From Candidatus Limnocylindrales bacterium (GTDB lineage Bacteria > Chloroflexota > Limnocylindria > Limnocylindrales > CSP1-4), in assembly GCA_036392215.1 (NCBI GenBank), contig DASVYJ010000062.1, positions 15,361-79,360 of the forward strand: DNA of 64,000 nt, given 5' to 3'. The notes below the pieces were generated by a model that saw nothing but the letters and a program-made list of their open reading frames with translations, had not been told where the DNA came from and made no database searches. The position numbers were made by a program, and so were the translations under genes. Positions 1 to 8,768 of the stretch are shown here, piece after piece (positions within the stretch are counted from its first letter, which is position 1; each line of letters begins with the position of its first letter).

Positions 1-2
1 GC

Positions 3-593
3 GGCGTCGCGGAGGGGCCGCGGCCAGCCGCCGTCCTCGACGAGCTCCAGCTCGGCCCGGTCCTGGCCGACGCGCTGCGAGAGCTCGGCCACGACGAATC
101 GGCGGCCTGGCGGGCCGTCGACCTCATCCGGGTCCTCGTCGGGCTGCCCCGCCTGGGCCACCAGCGCGCCGAGGCGGACGCGGCCCGATCCCGCGAGACC
201 GCGGCCGAGGGGATTCCCGACGGTGCGCGGCCAGGCGGCGCTGCGCCCGAGGCGGAGCGTCGCGCGCTCGTCACCGCGCTCGTGACCGACCCCGACGTCC
301 GGCCGTTCATCCGGGTCAACCGCTGGGAAGGCGTCTCGTGGTTCCACCAGGAGGCGTTCGAGCAGCTGCTCTGGTGGATGCTCGCCCTCGCCGCCGTCGA
401 CGCGCTCGCCGCCGACGCGCTCGCCGCCGACGCCGGACGGCCGGAGGTGGCGGCCGTCCTCGGCCGAGCCGAGACCCTCGCCGCCGCCCTGCGGACGGCG
501 GGACGCGACGCCGGCTTCCGGCTCGACCGCCTGATCGAGGGCACGCCGGCCCCGACGCCGGACGACGGCGCGCCTCCTGCCGGCCAGGGCTAA
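3..593 (+). CDS. 3' end of a gene that starts upstream of the window. Function unknown. C-terminal region contains WEGVSWFHQEAFEQLLWWM.
   Basis: The frame is open from base 3 to the stop at 591-593 with high GC3. It contains an in-frame 15-bp tandem repeat (399-434) encoding DALAA-DALAA. I do not recognise a family with confidence. Confidence 0.4.
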   Translation, partial: GVAEGPRPAAVLDELQLGPVLADALRELGHDESAAWRAVDLIRVLVGLPRLGHQRAEADAARSRETAAEGIPDGARPGGAAPEAERRALVTALVTDPDVRPFIRVNRWEGVSWFHQEAFEQLLWWMLALAAVDALAADALAADAGRPEVAAVLGRAETLAAALRTAGRDAGFRLDRLIEGTPAPTPDDGAPPAGQG

Positions 594-644
594 GCCCCGG
601 CCCCCGAGGGGCGGCCGACTTCCGGCGAGCGACGTCGCCCCGGA

Positions 645-2429
645 TCAGTCCCCGAGGACGGCCCGCCGGAGCAGCGGCAGCGGCGGCGAGCCATGGGCCA
701 GGACCGCCTCGAGATGCTGGCGGTAGTCGAAGCCCGGCGTCTTCCCGAAGCCGCCGACGACGTGGGCCGCGGGCACCGCGGCGGCCCCTCGCTCGTCCCC
801 GGCCGCTGCCGCGAGGCGGCGGCGCCGCTCCTCCTCGAGATCCCAGAACTCGACCGATCCGACGAAGTACGTCGAGAGCTGCGTCGAGGTGAGGCGCGCC
901 CGGTCCCACTTCGCCCGGGCCTCCGACGCCTCCTGGAAGCCGCCCTCGACCATCAGCCGGATGGCCTCCTCCTCGGTCATCGTCCCGGCATGGACGCCGA
1001 TGTCGATGAGCGCGTTGGTGACCGCCCGCAGGTAGAACTTCCAGTGCGTCAGGAGCAGTGCCGGGTCGTCCGCGCCGTACCCCAGGTCCATCATGACCTG
1101 CGTCGCGTAGACGGCCCACCCCTCGGCGAAGACGCCGCTCCAGAAGACCGCCCGGACGAGCGAGGGGCAGCGATTGGCATACGCCAGTTGGAGGTAGTGC
1201 CCCGGTATGCCCTCGTGGATCGACAGCAGCCGAAGCATCCGGTCGTTGTCCTCGCGGAGGTACGACTCGACCTGCTCGGGGGTCCAGTCCGCCGGCGTCG
1301 GCGTGACCCAGAAGTAGCTCTTCTGGCCCTTGTCGAGCGGGCCCGGCGGGTCGAGGAAGGCGCCGCCGTAGGCGCGCATGAAGACCGGCGTCCAGGTCAC
1401 CTCGAGCGGCTCCGCGGGCAGGCCGAGGAGGTCGCGCGAACGGACGAAGGCCTCGATGCGGCCGAGCTCGGCCCGGCAGTAGTCGAGCAGGTCCGCCGGA
1501 CGCTGGTGGACGGCGCCGATGGCGTCGAGGACGGCCCGCACGATCGCCTCGTCCGCGGCAGCCCTGGAGCCTGCGGTGGCGGCGTCGGGCAGGGGTCGGT
1601 CGCCGAGCCAGGTCGGCCAGAGCTCGCGGGCGAGCCGGATCATCTCGGCCCGCACGGCCTCGTACTCGCGGTGCGCGCGGGCCTCGATCGCCCCTCGGTC
1701 GAGGTCGCCCTTGAGCGTGTGCCGCAGCTTCGCGTCGTACAGGGCGCTGCCGAGCCGACCCTCCCCGGCAGCACGGGCCAGGACCGTCTCCGTGAGGTGG
1801 CGCTCGAAGTCGGCGACGGCCTCGCGCGCGGTGTCCGCTGCGGCCTCCAGGCGCGGCAGCAGGGCGGCGACCTCGCCGTCCGAGCCGCCGTCGCGGGCCA
1901 TGGCGACGGCCTGCTCGGCCAGCTCCGCGACGCCGTCGAGCTGGCGGAGCGCCGTCTCGGTGTGCAGCCGCGAGACGGGCCGGCCGTCCACGCCCTCCAG
2001 TTCGGCGACTGCCGCGGCGACGACGGCCGGGATGCCCTCGAGGCGCTCGGCGGCCGACGCCAGGCGCACGGCGAGGGACGCGAACCCCCGGCCGAGCAAC
2101 GGGAAGATGCCGCTCCCGAGCAGGTAGACCCAGGTCAGCGGATCCCAGCGCTCGTCGCGCAGTTCCGTCTCGGCGAACCGCCGCGCGTCGAGCTCGCCCA
2201 GCAGCAGGTCGCGGTCGATGCGCTCGTCCGATGTGAGGCTCGCCTCGTCGAGCGCCCGCAGCTCGGTGGTCCACCGATCGACGAACGCGAGCCGCTCCTG
2301 CCGCCCCACCTCGGTCAGGTCCGGCCAGCGGCCGTCGTGGTCGTGCATCCCGACGGCCGTCGCCTCGAGCGGATGGAGCCGGAAGAACTCGTCGAGGAAG
2401 ACCGGGAGGCGGTCGCTGAGGGCGGACAT
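645..2429 (-). CDS. DUF885 family protein (metallopeptidase-like fold)
   Basis: 594-aa ORF with non-biased composition. It carries the DUF885-type signature IHEGIPGHYLQ, and GGAG lies upstream of the ATG at 2427-2429. A paralog lies at 33808-35478. Confidence 0.85.
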   Translation of the reverse strand: MSALSDRLPVFLDEFFRLHPLEATAVGMHDHDGRWPDLTEVGRQERLAFVDRWTTELRALDEASLTSDERIDRDLLLGELDARRFAETELRDERWDPLTWVYLLGSGIFPLLGRGFASLAVRLASAAERLEGIPAVVAAAVAELEGVDGRPVSRLHTETALRQLDGVAELAEQAVAMARDGGSDGEVAALLPRLEAAADTAREAVADFERHLTETVLARAAGEGRLGSALYDAKLRHTLKGDLDRGAIEARAHREYEAVRAEMIRLARELWPTWLGDRPLPDAATAGSRAAADEAIVRAVLDAIGAVHQRPADLLDYCRAELGRIEAFVRSRDLLGLPAEPLEVTWTPVFMRAYGGAFLDPPGPLDKGQKSYFWVTPTPADWTPEQVESYLREDNDRMLRLLSIHEGIPGHYLQLAYANRCPSLVRAVFWSGVFAEGWAVYATQVMMDLGYGADDPALLLTHWKFYLRAVTNALIDIGVHAGTMTEEEAIRLMVEGGFQEASEARAKWDRARLTSTQLSTYFVGSVEFWDLEEERRRRLAAAAGDERGAAAVPAAHVVGGFGKTPGFDYRQHLEAVLAHGSPPLPLLRRAVLGD

Positions 2430-2613
2430 GGCGACTCCGGTGGGCGGCAGGGCACGAGCCGGGAGGACGGGGAACGCGAGCGAGTCTAGCGCAGGGTGCC
2501 GCAGGGTAGCCGCAGCACGTCCGGCGGTCGCGAGGCGACGGGGGCGCCGGCCATCGTCGTGGCGTGTAGCATCGCGCCAGCGGGCGAGGGGCGCCCGCCC
2601 AGGAGGAGCAGGC

Positions 2614-3039
2614 GTGGATCAGCTGATCCGCATCGTCATCAACGCCGCCGCCCTCGTCGCCGCGGCGAAGCTCGTGCCGGACATCCACCTGACCATCGGC
2701 TCGCCCGGGCCGCACTGGCTGAAGATCGCCGTCCTGGCCCTCATCTTCGGGGTCATCAACGCCTACCTCAAGCCCATCGTGAAGCTGGTCGCGCTGCCGA
2801 TCAACCTCATGACGCTGGGCCTCGTCGGCATCGTCATCAACGCGGCGATGCTGCTCCTGACGGCCTGGGTCGCCGAGCAGGCGAAGCTCGGCCTCGGCTT
2901 CACGGTCGGCGGCTTCCCGCCCTCGTTCGGCGTCTCGACGATCGTCGCGGCGATCCTCGGCGCCATCGTCATCAGCGTCGTGGCCACCGTGCTCAGCCTG
3001 GTCCTCGGCCAGAAGCGGGTCCTGGGGCTCCGCGTCTAG
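2614..3039 (+). CDS. Small 4-TM membrane protein of the 'phage holin family (mycobacterial 4-TMS holin, superfamily IV)' type
   Basis: The hydrophobic part of ORF 2218-3039 is LIRIVINAAALVAAAKLVP...INLMTLGLVGIVINAAMLLLTAWV. A GTG at 2614 is preceded by AGGAGGA (2601-2607). The upstream part of the ORF is Arg/Ser-rich junk. Confidence 0.7.
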   Translation: MDQLIRIVINAAALVAAAKLVPDIHLTIGSPGPHWLKIAVLALIFGVINAYLKPIVKLVALPINLMTLGLVGIVINAAMLLLTAWVAEQAKLGLGFTVGGFPPSFGVSTIVAAILGAIVISVVATVLSLVLGQKRVLGLRV

Positions 3040-3043
3040 GCCG

Positions 3044-5059
3044 GTGACCGACCGTCCCGCCGCGCCCGCCGCCGGGGCGACGGCCCGCGACCGCTTCCGC
3101 GAGCGCCTCAGGCGCGCACCGCTCCTCGCGGACGGCGCGATGGGGACGCTGCTGTTCAGCCGCGGCATCCCCCAGCGGGCCTCGCTCGACGAGCTGATCG
3201 TCAGTCGCCCGGAGCTCATCGCGACCATCCACCGGGAGTACCTCGAGGCCGGCGCTGAGCTCATCGAGACCGCCACCTTCGGGGCGAACCGGATCCGCCT
3301 GGCCGGCTACGGCCTGGCGGCGCAGGCCGGGCGGCTGAACCGTCGCGGGGCGCAGCTCGCCCGGGACGCGCGCGACGTCGCCGGCCGGGAGGCGTTCGTG
3401 GCCGGCTCGGTCGGGCCGCTGAGCGGACCGAACCGCGGCGCCGGCACGCTGCCCGAAGCGGTCGGGCGGGCCGCCTTCCGGGAACAGCTCGAAGCGCTCC
3501 TCGAGGGCGGCGTCGACCTCTTCGTCCTGGAGACATTCAGCGAGCTCGAGCCGCTCCTCTGGGCCGTCGCCGAGGCGCGCGCGGCGGCCGACGTGCCGAT
3601 CGTCGCCTCGCTCACCTTCGGCGAGGAGCTCGCGACGGCCGACGACACCTCGCCCGCCGCGGCGGCAGCGTCCCTCGCCGAGGCCGGCGTCGACGTCGTC
3701 GGGGTCAACTGTGGCGTCGGCCCCCTGCTCTGCCTCGACGCCCTGGCCCGCATGGACGACTCCGCCGGCCGGCCGCTGCCCCGCTCGATCATGCCGAATG
3801 CCGGCCTGCCGCAGCGCATCGAGGGCCAGTTCGTCTACGCCGCCGGGCCGGCCTACTTCGGCGAGGTCGTCGGCCGCTTCGTCGACGCGGGGGCGCGGAT
3901 CGTCGGCGGCTGCTGCGGGACGACGCCCGCCCACGTCGGGGCGATGCGGGCCGCCCTCGACGCGCTCGCCACGTCCGGCGCTGCCGGCTCGCCGAGCGCC
4001 ATGCGCGCCGCCGGGCGTCAGGCCACCGCGGCGACGGCGATCGTCGAGATCGGACCGCAACCGACCGGGGCGCCGCGCTCGGCCGTCCCGGAGGCCGCCG
4101 GCATGGCGACCGCGCCCGGTCCGTCGAGCCTCGCCCGCAAGCTCGCCGCCGGCGGATACGTCGTGTCGGTGGAGATCGATCCGCCCCGCTCGATCCGCAT
4201 CGAGCGGACTCTCGAAGCCGCCCGGCTCCTGCGCGACGCGGGAGCCGACCTCGTCAACGTCAGTGACTCGGCGATGGCCCGCGTCCGGATGGGCTGCCTC
4301 GCCGTCGCCTTCGCCATCCAGCAGCAGGTCGGCCTCGAGGCGCTCATCCACCTCACGACGCGCGACCGCAACCTGATGGCGCTCGAGTCGGAGCTGCTGG
4401 GCGCCCACGCGCTCGGCGTCCGGGATGTACTGGCCCTGACGGGCGACCCGCCGCGGGTCGGGGACTACCCGACCGGGACGGGCGTCTGGGACGTCGACTC
4501 GATCGGCCTCATCGAGATCCTCCGCCGCCTCAACCGGGGCGAGGACGCCGCCGGCGCGCCGATCGGCCAGCCGGCCGGGTTCACCGTCGCCTGCGCCCTC
4601 GATCCCACCGCGGCCGATCCCGAACGCGAGTGGGACCGCCTCGCCCGCAAGCTCGACGCCGGCGCGGACCTGGTGATGACCCAGCCGCTCTATGACCTCG
4701 CCCAGGTGGAGGCGATGCTCGACGAGGCGCGGCGACGGTTCGGCGCGTCCGGCTTCCCGGTGCCGGTCCTGCTGGGCGTCCTGCCGCTCCACTCGAGCCG
4801 CCACGCCGAGTTCCTCCACAACGAGGTGCCCGGCATCACCATCCCGGAGTCGCAGCGACGAGCGATGCGCGCGGCCGGCGAGCGCGGCGCCGAGGTGGGG
4901 CTCGAGATGGCGCTCGGATTGCTCGAGCAGGTCGGCGACCTCGTCGCGGGGACGTACGTCATGCCCAGCTTCGGGCGCTACGAGCTGGCGGCCGAGCTGG
5001 TCGGGCGGCTGCGGTCGCGGCGGGCGCAGATGGGATCGGCGGCGCGACCCGACGCCTGA
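3044..5059 (+). CDS. Bifunctional homocysteine S-methyltransferase / 5,10-methylenetetrahydrofolate reductase
   Basis: The N-terminal half looks like a Hcy-binding methyltransferase domain (LLADGAMGTLL ... GVNCG ... GGCCGTTP). The C-terminal half looks like MetF (VSVEIDPPR ... HLTTRDRN ... VMTQPLYD). It is a single uninterrupted 671-aa ORF. Confidence 0.8.
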   Translation: MTDRPAAPAAGATARDRFRERLRRAPLLADGAMGTLLFSRGIPQRASLDELIVSRPELIATIHREYLEAGAELIETATFGANRIRLAGYGLAAQAGRLNRRGAQLARDARDVAGREAFVAGSVGPLSGPNRGAGTLPEAVGRAAFREQLEALLEGGVDLFVLETFSELEPLLWAVAEARAAADVPIVASLTFGEELATADDTSPAAAAASLAEAGVDVVGVNCGVGPLLCLDALARMDDSAGRPLPRSIMPNAGLPQRIEGQFVYAAGPAYFGEVVGRFVDAGARIVGGCCGTTPAHVGAMRAALDALATSGAAGSPSAMRAAGRQATAATAIVEIGPQPTGAPRSAVPEAAGMATAPGPSSLARKLAAGGYVVSVEIDPPRSIRIERTLEAARLLRDAGADLVNVSDSAMARVRMGCLAVAFAIQQQVGLEALIHLTTRDRNLMALESELLGAHALGVRDVLALTGDPPRVGDYPTGTGVWDVDSIGLIEILRRLNRGEDAAGAPIGQPAGFTVACALDPTAADPEREWDRLARKLDAGADLVMTQPLYDLAQVEAMLDEARRRFGASGFPVPVLLGVLPLHSSRHAEFLHNEVPGITIPESQRRAMRAAGERGAEVGLEMALGLLEQVGDLVAGTYVMPSFGRYELAAELVGRLRSRRAQMGSAARPDA

Positions 5060-5102
5060 GGCCGGGCGAGCGACCCTGGCAGCGCGCTACACTCGGGCGG
5101 CC

Positions 5103-5432
5103 ATGGGTGCAGTCGACACGATGGAACTCTTCTTCGAGCGGCTCAATGCCGACGACCGCGCCGGCGCCGTCGCCCTGATGGACGAGAACGCCGAGATGCG
5201 CGTCCATGCCGGCGAGGGAGCGCGGACTCTGCGCGGCCTGCAGCAGGTCGGGGGCTGGTTCCTGCGCGCGGAGCGCGGCCTGCGGATGATCCCCGGGGAC
5301 GTCCGCGACATGGGCAACACGTATGAGGCGGACATCCTCGTCGTCCGGCCCGGGGCGCCGTCGCAGCACCTCGACGCGAGCTTCCGGGTGGAGGCGGGCA
5401 GGATCACCGCGATCAACCTCGCGCCGCGCTAG
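5103..5432 (+). CDS. Small NTF2/SnoaL-like fold protein (hypothetical)
   Basis: Only the last 109 aa of ORF 4692-5432, from the ATG at 5103, have protein-like composition (MELFFERLNADDRAGAVALMDENAEMRVH...). The upstream part overlaps the previous gene out of frame. Confidence 0.5.
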   Translation: MGAVDTMELFFERLNADDRAGAVALMDENAEMRVHAGEGARTLRGLQQVGGWFLRAERGLRMIPGDVRDMGNTYEADILVVRPGAPSQHLDASFRVEAGRITAINLAPR

Positions 5433-5501
5433 GGCCCGCGACCCCAGGGCGCCGGAGCTGGACCTCGCGAGGCGAGGCTGACCTCGGGGGTCAGGCAGCC
5501 G

Positions 5502-6743
5502 TCAGGGTGCGGTCGACGGCGAGGCGTTCTGGATGACGCTCGGCGCGTTCTGGATGACGCTCGGCGCCGGCGTCGGGATGACCAGCTGGTCGCCGATGGC
5601 GATCTTGTTGGGATCCTTCATGCCCGGGTTCGCGGTCATGATCTGGTCGATCGTCACGCCGAAGGCGGCGGCGATCTTGCTCAGCGTGTCGCCCTCCTTC
5701 ACGACGTAGACCTGGGGCGTCGGGGCGGGCGTGGGCGTCGGGGCGACACTCGCCGCGGCCGGGGCGCTGGGGCGCGGCGTGGAGCTGGGAGTCCCGCCGT
5801 GGTCGCCGCGGGGCAGCAGGAGCGTCGGCCCGAGCAGGAGCACGAGCGCGGCGAGGATCAGCGCGAGCACGCCCAGCCACAGGCCGCGGACCCTGGGCAG
5901 GCGTATCCGTGTCCGCAGGCTCGGGTAGGCCTCGATGCGGCGCGGCCGCTCCCAGGCCGGGCCCCGCTCCTCCTGGGCGCGCCGGACCTGCCCGCCGGGC
6001 GGATCGGCCGGCGGACGGCGACGGGCGGCGCCCGACGCGCTCGCCGCCCCGACGGCGAAGGATCCCGCGGGCGGCCACGCCACGTCGTCGTCCTGCGACT
6101 GCTCCCACGGTCGGTCGGGGTCAGGGGCGCCTCCCCAGAACCCCTCGTCGGGCGTCGGCTGCCGGCGCGGCTGGCCGAGCCGTGGCGCGGCCGCTTCGGG
6201 GGCCGGCGGCCGTGCCCGCGCCGCCAGGAATGGGGGCGCCTCTACGGACCCGTCCGACTCGCCGGCCGCCGCGGCCTCCTCGTCCGACTCGCCCTGGACC
6301 GACCCGTTCGGCGGCTCCTCAGAGACGCCGTGGCGGTCGCGATCCGCGGCGCGGGCGAGGGAGGCGGGGGCGAGGCCCGCCGCCGCTCCCACCGCGGCGC
6401 CAGCCACGCCGTCGGCCGCACTGCCCCAGGGCGGCGGTTCGGCCCAGTCCCGGGGCCGCGGCTGGGGGGGCGGGAGCGCGGCGACGGACTCGCCCTCGGC
6501 GGGTCGGGCGGCTTCGCGGCGGGCCCAATCCTGGAACGTCGGGCAGGCGGGGAACGCGGTCGAGAGGCAGTACGCCTGCTGGTGGGCGATCGCCCGGGGA
6601 GCGGGCCGCAGCTCGGCGAAGCAGCGATGGCGGCGGTCGGGCTGCGCCAAGCGCCGGTCGCGATCGTCCTCGAGGGCGACGAACGGGCAGACGGCGGACG
6701 GGGCAGACGGCGGGTGACGGTCGTCGTCCATCCCGACCATCAT
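5502..6743 (-). CDS. LysM peptidoglycan-binding membrane protein with a Cys-rich cytoplasmic N-terminal domain
   Basis: C-terminal LysM motif YVVKEGDTLSKIAAAFGVTIDQIMTANPG...IAIGDQLVIP. One TM helix (LWLGVLALILAALVLLLGP). N-terminal segment CPFVALEDD...HRCFAEL...AYCLSTAFPACPTF. The start is taken at the ATG pair 6738-6743, and the region upstream is Arg-rich. Confidence 0.7.
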   Translation of the reverse strand: MMVGMDDDRHPPSAPSAVCPFVALEDDRDRRLAQPDRRHRCFAELRPAPRAIAHQQAYCLSTAFPACPTFQDWARREAARPAEGESVAALPPPQPRPRDWAEPPPWGSAADGVAGAAVGAAAGLAPASLARAADRDRHGVSEEPPNGSVQGESDEEAAAAGESDGSVEAPPFLAARARPPAPEAAAPRLGQPRRQPTPDEGFWGGAPDPDRPWEQSQDDDVAWPPAGSFAVGAASASGAARRRPPADPPGGQVRRAQEERGPAWERPRRIEAYPSLRTRIRLPRVRGLWLGVLALILAALVLLLGPTLLLPRGDHGGTPSSTPRPSAPAAASVAPTPTPAPTPQVYVVKEGDTLSKIAAAFGVTIDQIMTANPGMKDPNKIAIGDQLVIPTPAPSVIQNAPSVIQNASPSTAP

Positions 6744-6973
6744 ACCCGGCCCTTCCCGAGATGCGGTCGACCGCCGAACGCACGCTCGACGGACGACGGC
6801 GGGCGAACCGGTCTCGTCGGGCCGTTCGCCTCTAGGCCGCGAGGGACGTCGACTGCTACGGTCGCCCGGCTGCGGGGGGCCCCGACGCGCGGCCCATGCC
6901 CCGGCCGCCTCGGACCGCGCCGAGCCCACTGGCGAGACCGCCCGCACGAGGCGTCCCAGAGGAGGGCCTCCCC

Positions 6974-7432
6974 ATGCGGAGGGCTGCGATCCTGGCCATC
7001 GGGCTGCTGCTGGCGTCCACGACGGGGGCCCAGGCAGCGTCCGTCCCCAAGGTGAGCGGGGACTACACCTACGCGTACGCGGGCGGGACCTCGAGCGTGA
7101 CCCTGGACGCGCTGGCCACGGACCCCGGCAGCGGGACGTTCTCCTGGGCCCGCGACACGGGGCAGTGGGCGAGCGGCCACGTCACCTGCGTCGTGATCAA
7201 CGACCAGGAGGCGTGGATCATCGGGGTCGTGGACGAGACGAATACCGGTCCCCTGCCCGCCTACTGGATGGCCCGGGTCCACGACGGCGGCCTCCCGGGC
7301 GGGACGGGCGATGCGGCGGTCTCGTTCCTGGGACCCGGCACGCCTCCACCGGGCTGCACGTTCCCGTACCAGTGGAACCTGACCGCGAAGTGGATGGTGC
7401 CGATCGCGAGCGGGAACATCCGCATCCACTGA
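6974..7432 (+). CDS. Secreted hypothetical protein
   Basis: Signal peptide MRRAAILAIGLLLASTTGAQA from the ATG at 6974, preceded by GAGGAGGG. The mature part is non-biased and has no recognisable family. Confidence 0.6.
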   Translation: MRRAAILAIGLLLASTTGAQAASVPKVSGDYTYAYAGGTSSVTLDALATDPGSGTFSWARDTGQWASGHVTCVVINDQEAWIIGVVDETNTGPLPAYWMARVHDGGLPGGTGDAAVSFLGPGTPPPGCTFPYQWNLTAKWMVPIASGNIRIH

Positions 7433-7453
7433 GGACGGCCGTCGACGATCGAT

Positions 7454-7476
7454 GGCCGGGGCGATCCGCCCCGGCC
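7454..7476 (+). terminator. GC-rich hairpin downstream of the secreted-protein gene
   Basis: Perfect 10-bp stem GGCCGGGGCG / CGCCCCGGCC with a 3-nt loop, 22 nt after the stop codon. There is no U-tract, which is usual for high-GC genomes. Confidence 0.5.
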
Positions 7477-7577
7477 GCGTCCTTCCCGCCCGGCGATCCC
7501 GCGCGGGGGCGCCGTCGCCCCACGGCAGTCCACAGCGACCCATGCCCGGCCCGGTCCGATCCGGTCCGGCCGACCGT

Positions 7578-7606
7578 TTGACAGGCTCCGGGCCGCCTCG
7601 GACACT
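7578..7606 (+). promoter_or_regulatory. Putative sigma-70-type promoter of sodN
   Basis: TTGACA (7578-7583), 17-nt spacer, GACACT (7601-7606), about 80 nt upstream of the sodN ATG. An 8-bp inverted repeat, GGCTCCGG (7584-7591) / CCGGAGCC (7615-7622), brackets the -10 region. Confidence 0.4.
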
Positions 7607-7684
7607 TGGCCCGTCCGGAGCCTCGGCGCCACGGTTCCCCCTTCGCCGCGCCGGGCCTGCCCTTCGTACGGATGAGGAGTCCCC

Positions 7685-8104
7685 ATGCCCCGACTCACCG
7701 GCTGGCTCAAGCCCTCGACGACGGTCCACGCCCACTGCGACGTCCCCTGCGGCATCTACGATCCGGCGGCCGCGCAGCTCGCCGCCCGCACCGTCGCCCG
7801 GATGGTCGAGCTGATCGGGCAGCTCCCGCAGGGCTCGACGGAGATGGCCGACCGCCAGAAGTTCGTCCGCTGCGTCATGGTCAAGGAGGACCACGCCGAG
7901 CGGGTCAAGCGCGAGGTCCAGGTCATCTGGTCGGACTACTTCAAGCCCGAGCACCTGGAGCGCTACCCCGACCTGCACACCAAGGTCTGGAACATCCTCA
8001 AGCTCGCCTCGAAGAACAAGCAGAACATCGACGCCCAGGCGGCGGCCGACCTGGAGGCAGCGGTCAAGGAGTTCGCCGACATCTTCTGGTCGACGAAGAA
8101 GTAG
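7685..8104 (+). CDS. sodN: Nickel-containing superoxide dismutase precursor
   Basis: The Ni-hook motif HCDVPCGIYDP follows a 14-aa leader (MPRLTGWLKPSTTV). Length is 139 aa and GAGGAG lies upstream of the ATG. Confidence 0.95.
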   Translation: MPRLTGWLKPSTTVHAHCDVPCGIYDPAAAQLAARTVARMVELIGQLPQGSTEMADRQKFVRCVMVKEDHAERVKREVQVIWSDYFKPEHLERYPDLHTKVWNILKLASKNKQNIDAQAAADLEAAVKEFADIFWSTKK

Positions 8105-8207
8105 CCGTCGCCACCGGCCCGCCGAGGCCCGGCGGACGATCGATGCACGCGCGCGCTCGACGCCGGGGCGGCCACTGGCCCTCCGGCGTCACCGCGTCCC
8201 GGCTCCG

Positions 8208-8693
8208 ATGACGGGGGCCGGCTCTCCAGGCGTGGGCGCTGCGAGCGGGTCCGCGGCGGCCCTCCGAGCCCGCCTGGCGCGCCCGCCGGCCGCGCTGCGG
8301 GGTGCCCTCCAGCGAGCGCGGGGCCGCCCGTGGCGGGCCGCGGTCGCGGAGGGCAGCATGCGGCCGGCCATCGAACCCGGGGACTGGCTGCTGCTCGACC
8401 CGACCGTCGCGCGGTGGCCGCGGCCCGGATCCGTCGTCGTGTTCCGCGAGCCCGGCTCGGATCTGCTCGCGATCAAGCGCGTCGCGGCCCGCGGCGGAGA
8501 CCACGTCCGGCTGGTCGAGGGGCTGCTGCACCTGGAGCCCGACGAGGCCTGGCTGGTGGGCGACGACCGGGCCATCTCGCTCGACTCGGGGCGGTACGGG
8601 CCCGTCCCCGCCGAGCGGCTCGTCGCCCGCGCCTGGTTCCGCTACTGGCCCCTGCGGCGCATCGGGCTGATCAGACGGGCCGCTGAACGGTGA
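8208..8693 (+). CDS. sodX: Ni-SOD maturation protease (S26 signal-peptidase family)
   Basis: S26-type Ser/Lys motifs are present (GSMRPAIEPGDWLL; AIKRVAA; GDDRAISLDSGRYGPVP). It lies immediately downstream of sodN. The exact start is uncertain because the N-terminus is Ala/Arg-rich. Confidence 0.8.
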   Translation: MTGAGSPGVGAASGSAAALRARLARPPAALRGALQRARGRPWRAAVAEGSMRPAIEPGDWLLLDPTVARWPRPGSVVVFREPGSDLLAIKRVAARGGDHVRLVEGLLHLEPDEAWLVGDDRAISLDSGRYGPVPAERLVARAWFRYWPLRRIGLIRRAAER

Positions 8694-8768
8694 GGAGCAG
8701 GCCCCAGGGATACGACGGCGCGGGCGCCGGCCGAAGCCGAACGCCCGCGCCGCACCGAGAGGGAGGGC

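Noticed and set aside
399-434. Short tandem repeats as possible CRISPR arrays (15-bp unit at 399-434, 12-bp unit at 26274-26321, repeated 12-mers at about 19226-19254)
   Set aside because: The units are too short and are adjacent without spacers. The first two lie in frame inside coding sequence and the third lies in a convergent intergenic spacer. No cas genes are present.
2614-3039. Holin-family gene as evidence of a prophage
   Set aside because: No other phage genes (terminase, capsid, integrase, endolysin) are nearby. This 4-TMS family is commonly found as an isolated chromosomal membrane protein.
316-3276. 986-aa minus-strand ORF spanning the first three genes
   Set aside because: Its composition is extremely Arg/Pro/Gly/Ala-rich and low in complexity. 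It overlaps well-supported genes (DUF885, the holin-like gene) in other frames. It is a typical shadow ORF of a very high-GC genome.
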